Below are positions 35,633-37,680 of a stretch of DNA of 37,680 nucleotides, piece after piece. Where the stretch lies: assembly GCA_036676495.1 (NCBI GenBank), contig JAKFCT010000062.1, positions 1 to 37,680 on the forward strand, read 5' to 3'. Both the position numbers and the translations under genes were made by a program. Below the pieces are notes generated by a model. That model did no database searches. It was not told the origin of the DNA and worked only from the letters and a program-made list of their open reading frames with translations. Positions within the stretch are counted from its first letter, which is position 1. Each line of letters starts with the position of its first letter. The stretch comes from Candidatus Sericytochromatia bacterium. GTDB lineage: Bacteria; Cyanobacteriota; Sericytochromatia; S15B-MN24; UBA4093.

Positions 35633-36532
35633 ATGATCGAGAGTCTTCTGGGGATCGTCGGGGCGCTGGGACTGCTCGTGGGATCGGACGCGGCGAGCGC
35701 GTCGATCGCGCGCGATCGCGCGGCCATCCTGTCCCAGTGCGGCTGCTTCGAGGTGACCTTCTCCTATACCGAGACCGAGGCCCTGAAGCCGGGGTATCCG
35801 CTGCGGCCTCCCAAGCAGGTCAAGGGGCTGGAATGGGTGGAGGCGGATCGCGTCGGCGATCGATCGCTATCGCTTCAGCACCTGTTGATCGGCTCCGAAG
35901 GAGTGCAGAAGCATTGGCGGCAGGTCTGGGACTACGAGCCCCGGATGCTCTTCGAGTTCCAGGGCCAGGATCGCTGGAAGAAGCGCCACATCCCCCCTCA
36001 GGAGGCCGCGGGACGCTGGGCGCAACGCGTCTACGAGGTGGACGACGGCCCGCGTTACGAGGGCCTCGGCGCCTGGACCCATGGCGCGGGGCCGTCCTTC
36101 TGGACGTCGCAGGCCTGGTCGCCCTTGCCGCGGCGGGAGTACACCCAGCGCCACGATTACGACGTCCTGGTGCGGCAGAATCGCCACCAGCTGAACGCTG
36201 ACGGCTGGTCGCATGTTCAAGTGAACGAGAAGGTCCGCCTGGAAGCGGGCAAGCCCGTGCCGCTGGTTCGCGAGCATGGCGAGAACCGGTACCGCCGGGT
36301 GGACGACGCGCGCTGCGCGGCGGCCCGGACTTACTGGCAGGCCAATAAAGCGACCTGGCACCGGGTCCAGGGAGTCTGGCAGGAGGTCTACGACCGCGAG
36401 GACGTCTTGCGCCTGCGCGCGGAGCTGCGGGGTACCCCGCGCTGGCAGCGGATCTTCACGCTGGCCGCGCAGCCCAAGGCCCGGCTCGAAGCGGAGGTTC
36501 GCGAGACGCTGCGCGACTACCGGGCTCCGTGA
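35633..36532 (+). CDS. DUF6607-like exported protein
   Basis: SD GGAGG and a signal-peptide-like N-terminus. Recalled family motifs DR.AI...CGCFEVTF..ET, SLQHLL, KHWRQ.W.YE, W.Q.VY.VDD.PRY and PLPRRE. Confidence 0.75.
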   Translation: MIESLLGIVGALGLLVGSDAASASIARDRAAILSQCGCFEVTFSYTETEALKPGYPLRPPKQVKGLEWVEADRVGDRSLSLQHLLIGSEGVQKHWRQVWDYEPRMLFEFQGQDRWKKRHIPPQEAAGRWAQRVYEVDDGPRYEGLGAWTHGAGPSFWTSQAWSPLPRREYTQRHDYDVLVRQNRHQLNADGWSHVQVNEKVRLEAGKPVPLVREHGENRYRRVDDARCAAARTYWQANKATWHRVQGVWQEVYDREDVLRLRAELRGTPRWQRIFTLAAQPKARLEAEVRETLRDYRAP

Positions 36533-36537
36533 TCGGC

Positions 36538-37185
36538 TTAGCCGATGAGGGGGGCGATCGCCACGAAGTGCAGGGCGCTCGCGGCGATCACCAGGGCGTG
36601 GAAGACCTCATGGTAGCCGAAGATCCGCGGGAAGGGATCGGGCCGCCGCAGGGCGTAGATCAGGGCTCCCACGGAGTAGAAGAGGCCGCTGGCGAGGATC
36701 AGGCCGAGCGCGACGGGCCCCATGGCCGCGGCGATCGCCGGCAGGAACGGCACGCCGATCCAGCCGATCAGGAGGTAGATGCCGACCGAGAGCGGCTTCG
36801 GCGCCTGCGGCCAGAGGACCTTCTGGAGGATGGCCAGCACGGTCAGCCCCCACATCAGCCCGAGCAGCGCCGTGCCGCTCTTCGAGGGCAGCGCCAGGGC
36901 GGCGACGGGAGTGTAGGAGCCGGCGATCATCAGGAAGATGGCCGAGTGATCCAGCCTGCGCATGTGCTGCCGGGCCCGCTCTCCCCAGTCGCGGCGATGG
37001 TAGAGCGCGCTGATCCCGAACATGGCGGCCATGCAGAGGCCGTAGACCAGGGCCGCTCCCCGGGCCTCGAGGCTGGCCGCTCGCGTGACCAGGAACGCGC
37101 CGGCCAGCAAGGCCAGGAAGAAGGCGATCTGGTGGGAGACGCCGCGCAGGGCGGGTTTGACGGGGGAAATCGACGGATCGCGCAT
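36538..37185 (-). CDS. Hemolysin III / PAQR family membrane protein (YqfA/TrhA-like)
   Basis: KP.LRG.SH, SALYH, RRLDHSAIFLMIAGSYTP and GYHEVFH; seven hydrophobic segments. SD AAGGAG before ATG 37185. Confidence 0.93.
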   Translation of the reverse strand: MRDPSISPVKPALRGVSHQIAFFLALLAGAFLVTRAASLEARGAALVYGLCMAAMFGISALYHRRDWGERARQHMRRLDHSAIFLMIAGSYTPVAALALPSKSGTALLGLMWGLTVLAILQKVLWPQAPKPLSVGIYLLIGWIGVPFLPAIAAAMGPVALGLILASGLFYSVGALIYALRRPDPFPRIFGYHEVFHALVIAASALHFVAIAPLIG

Positions 37186-37577
37186 GGGGTTCTCCTTGGA
37201 GCAAGCCGCCTTGCTCACGACGGGACCGCTCACGCCCTGGAGGACCGTGCCTCGGGACCGCCGAGCAGTGCTTCCAGTGTAGGGCTCCGAGGTGCCGCTT
37301 GTCTGTCCTGCCTGCGCCATGGCCATGTCAAAGTTCCGTCACGCCCCTGCCCCTCCGACCGGCCGGAGCCCGGAGGGCCGCGGAGCGAATCCCGAGGCGG
37401 GGCGTGTCGAGGGGATTCGGGCGTGGCGAGACGGCTGGAATCGTGTTAGGATGAGAACGGGACAAGAGACGATCACCTGGACGAACGTCCCGGCTGAGCT
37501 CGCTTCGGCGGCGCCCCGGGGTGCCCGTTCATGTTTTAGGGGGATGGGTCCCGTCTCCCAGCAAAAAAGGAAGGTTC

Positions 37578-37680
37578 ATGTCTTTTTCCGAGCAAACGAT
37601 CATCTGCGCGGACTGCGGCACCGAGTTTCCCTTCACGGTCGCCGACCAGGAGTTCTTCGCCGAGAAGGGCTTCTCCGCTC
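37578..37680 (+). CDS. 3'-truncated zinc-ribbon protein (zf-trcl-like)
   Basis: Not in the ORF track. Translates as MSFSEQTIICADCGTEFPFTVADQEFFAEKGFSA, matching the C..CG..F.FT..EQ.F..EKGF pattern. Purine-rich SD AAGGAAGG. Confidence 0.85.
   Translation, partial: MSFSEQTIICADCGTEFPFTVADQEFFAEKGFSA

Noticed and set aside
36538-37185. Hemolysin as a virulence factor
   Set aside because: The hemolysin III/PAQR family is a widespread membrane homeostasis family; nothing here supports toxin function.

Overview
A 37.7 kb window from a GC-rich bacterium (roughly two-thirds G+C by eye). It is densely coding, with about 28 genes and no recognisable rRNA, tRNA, CRISPR array, transposase or prophage. 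In order: the end of a small beta-rich protein followed directly by a 1038-aa lipoprotein (unclassified N-terminal domain, two IPT/TIG domains, 12 NHL repeats); rapA; a pirin; a stand-alone FUSC transporter; a REC-AraC regulator plus soluble histidine kinase, divergent from a 1360-aa protein built like mammalian soluble adenylyl cyclase (two class III cyclase domains, STAND NTPase, helical repeats); PfpI, DUF2804-like and DUF488 genes; a LysR / zinc deaminase / CynX-like MFS cassette; an orphan PAS kinase; a GNAT + nitrilase-family operon; a DUF6544-like lipoprotein; ggt; a group III Fe-alcohol dehydrogenase; an orphan small ORF; dps; fhs; two MFS transporters; a DUF6607-like protein; a hemolysin III/PAQR protein; and the start of a zinc-ribbon protein. 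The best candidates for undescribed biology are the cyclase-STAND locus, the two-gene modular surface-lipoprotein cassette, a possible four-way-junction RNA upstream of fhs, and the GNAT/hydrolase pair with a palindromic operator in its promoter. All family calls come from motif recognition by eye; no searches or folding programs were run.
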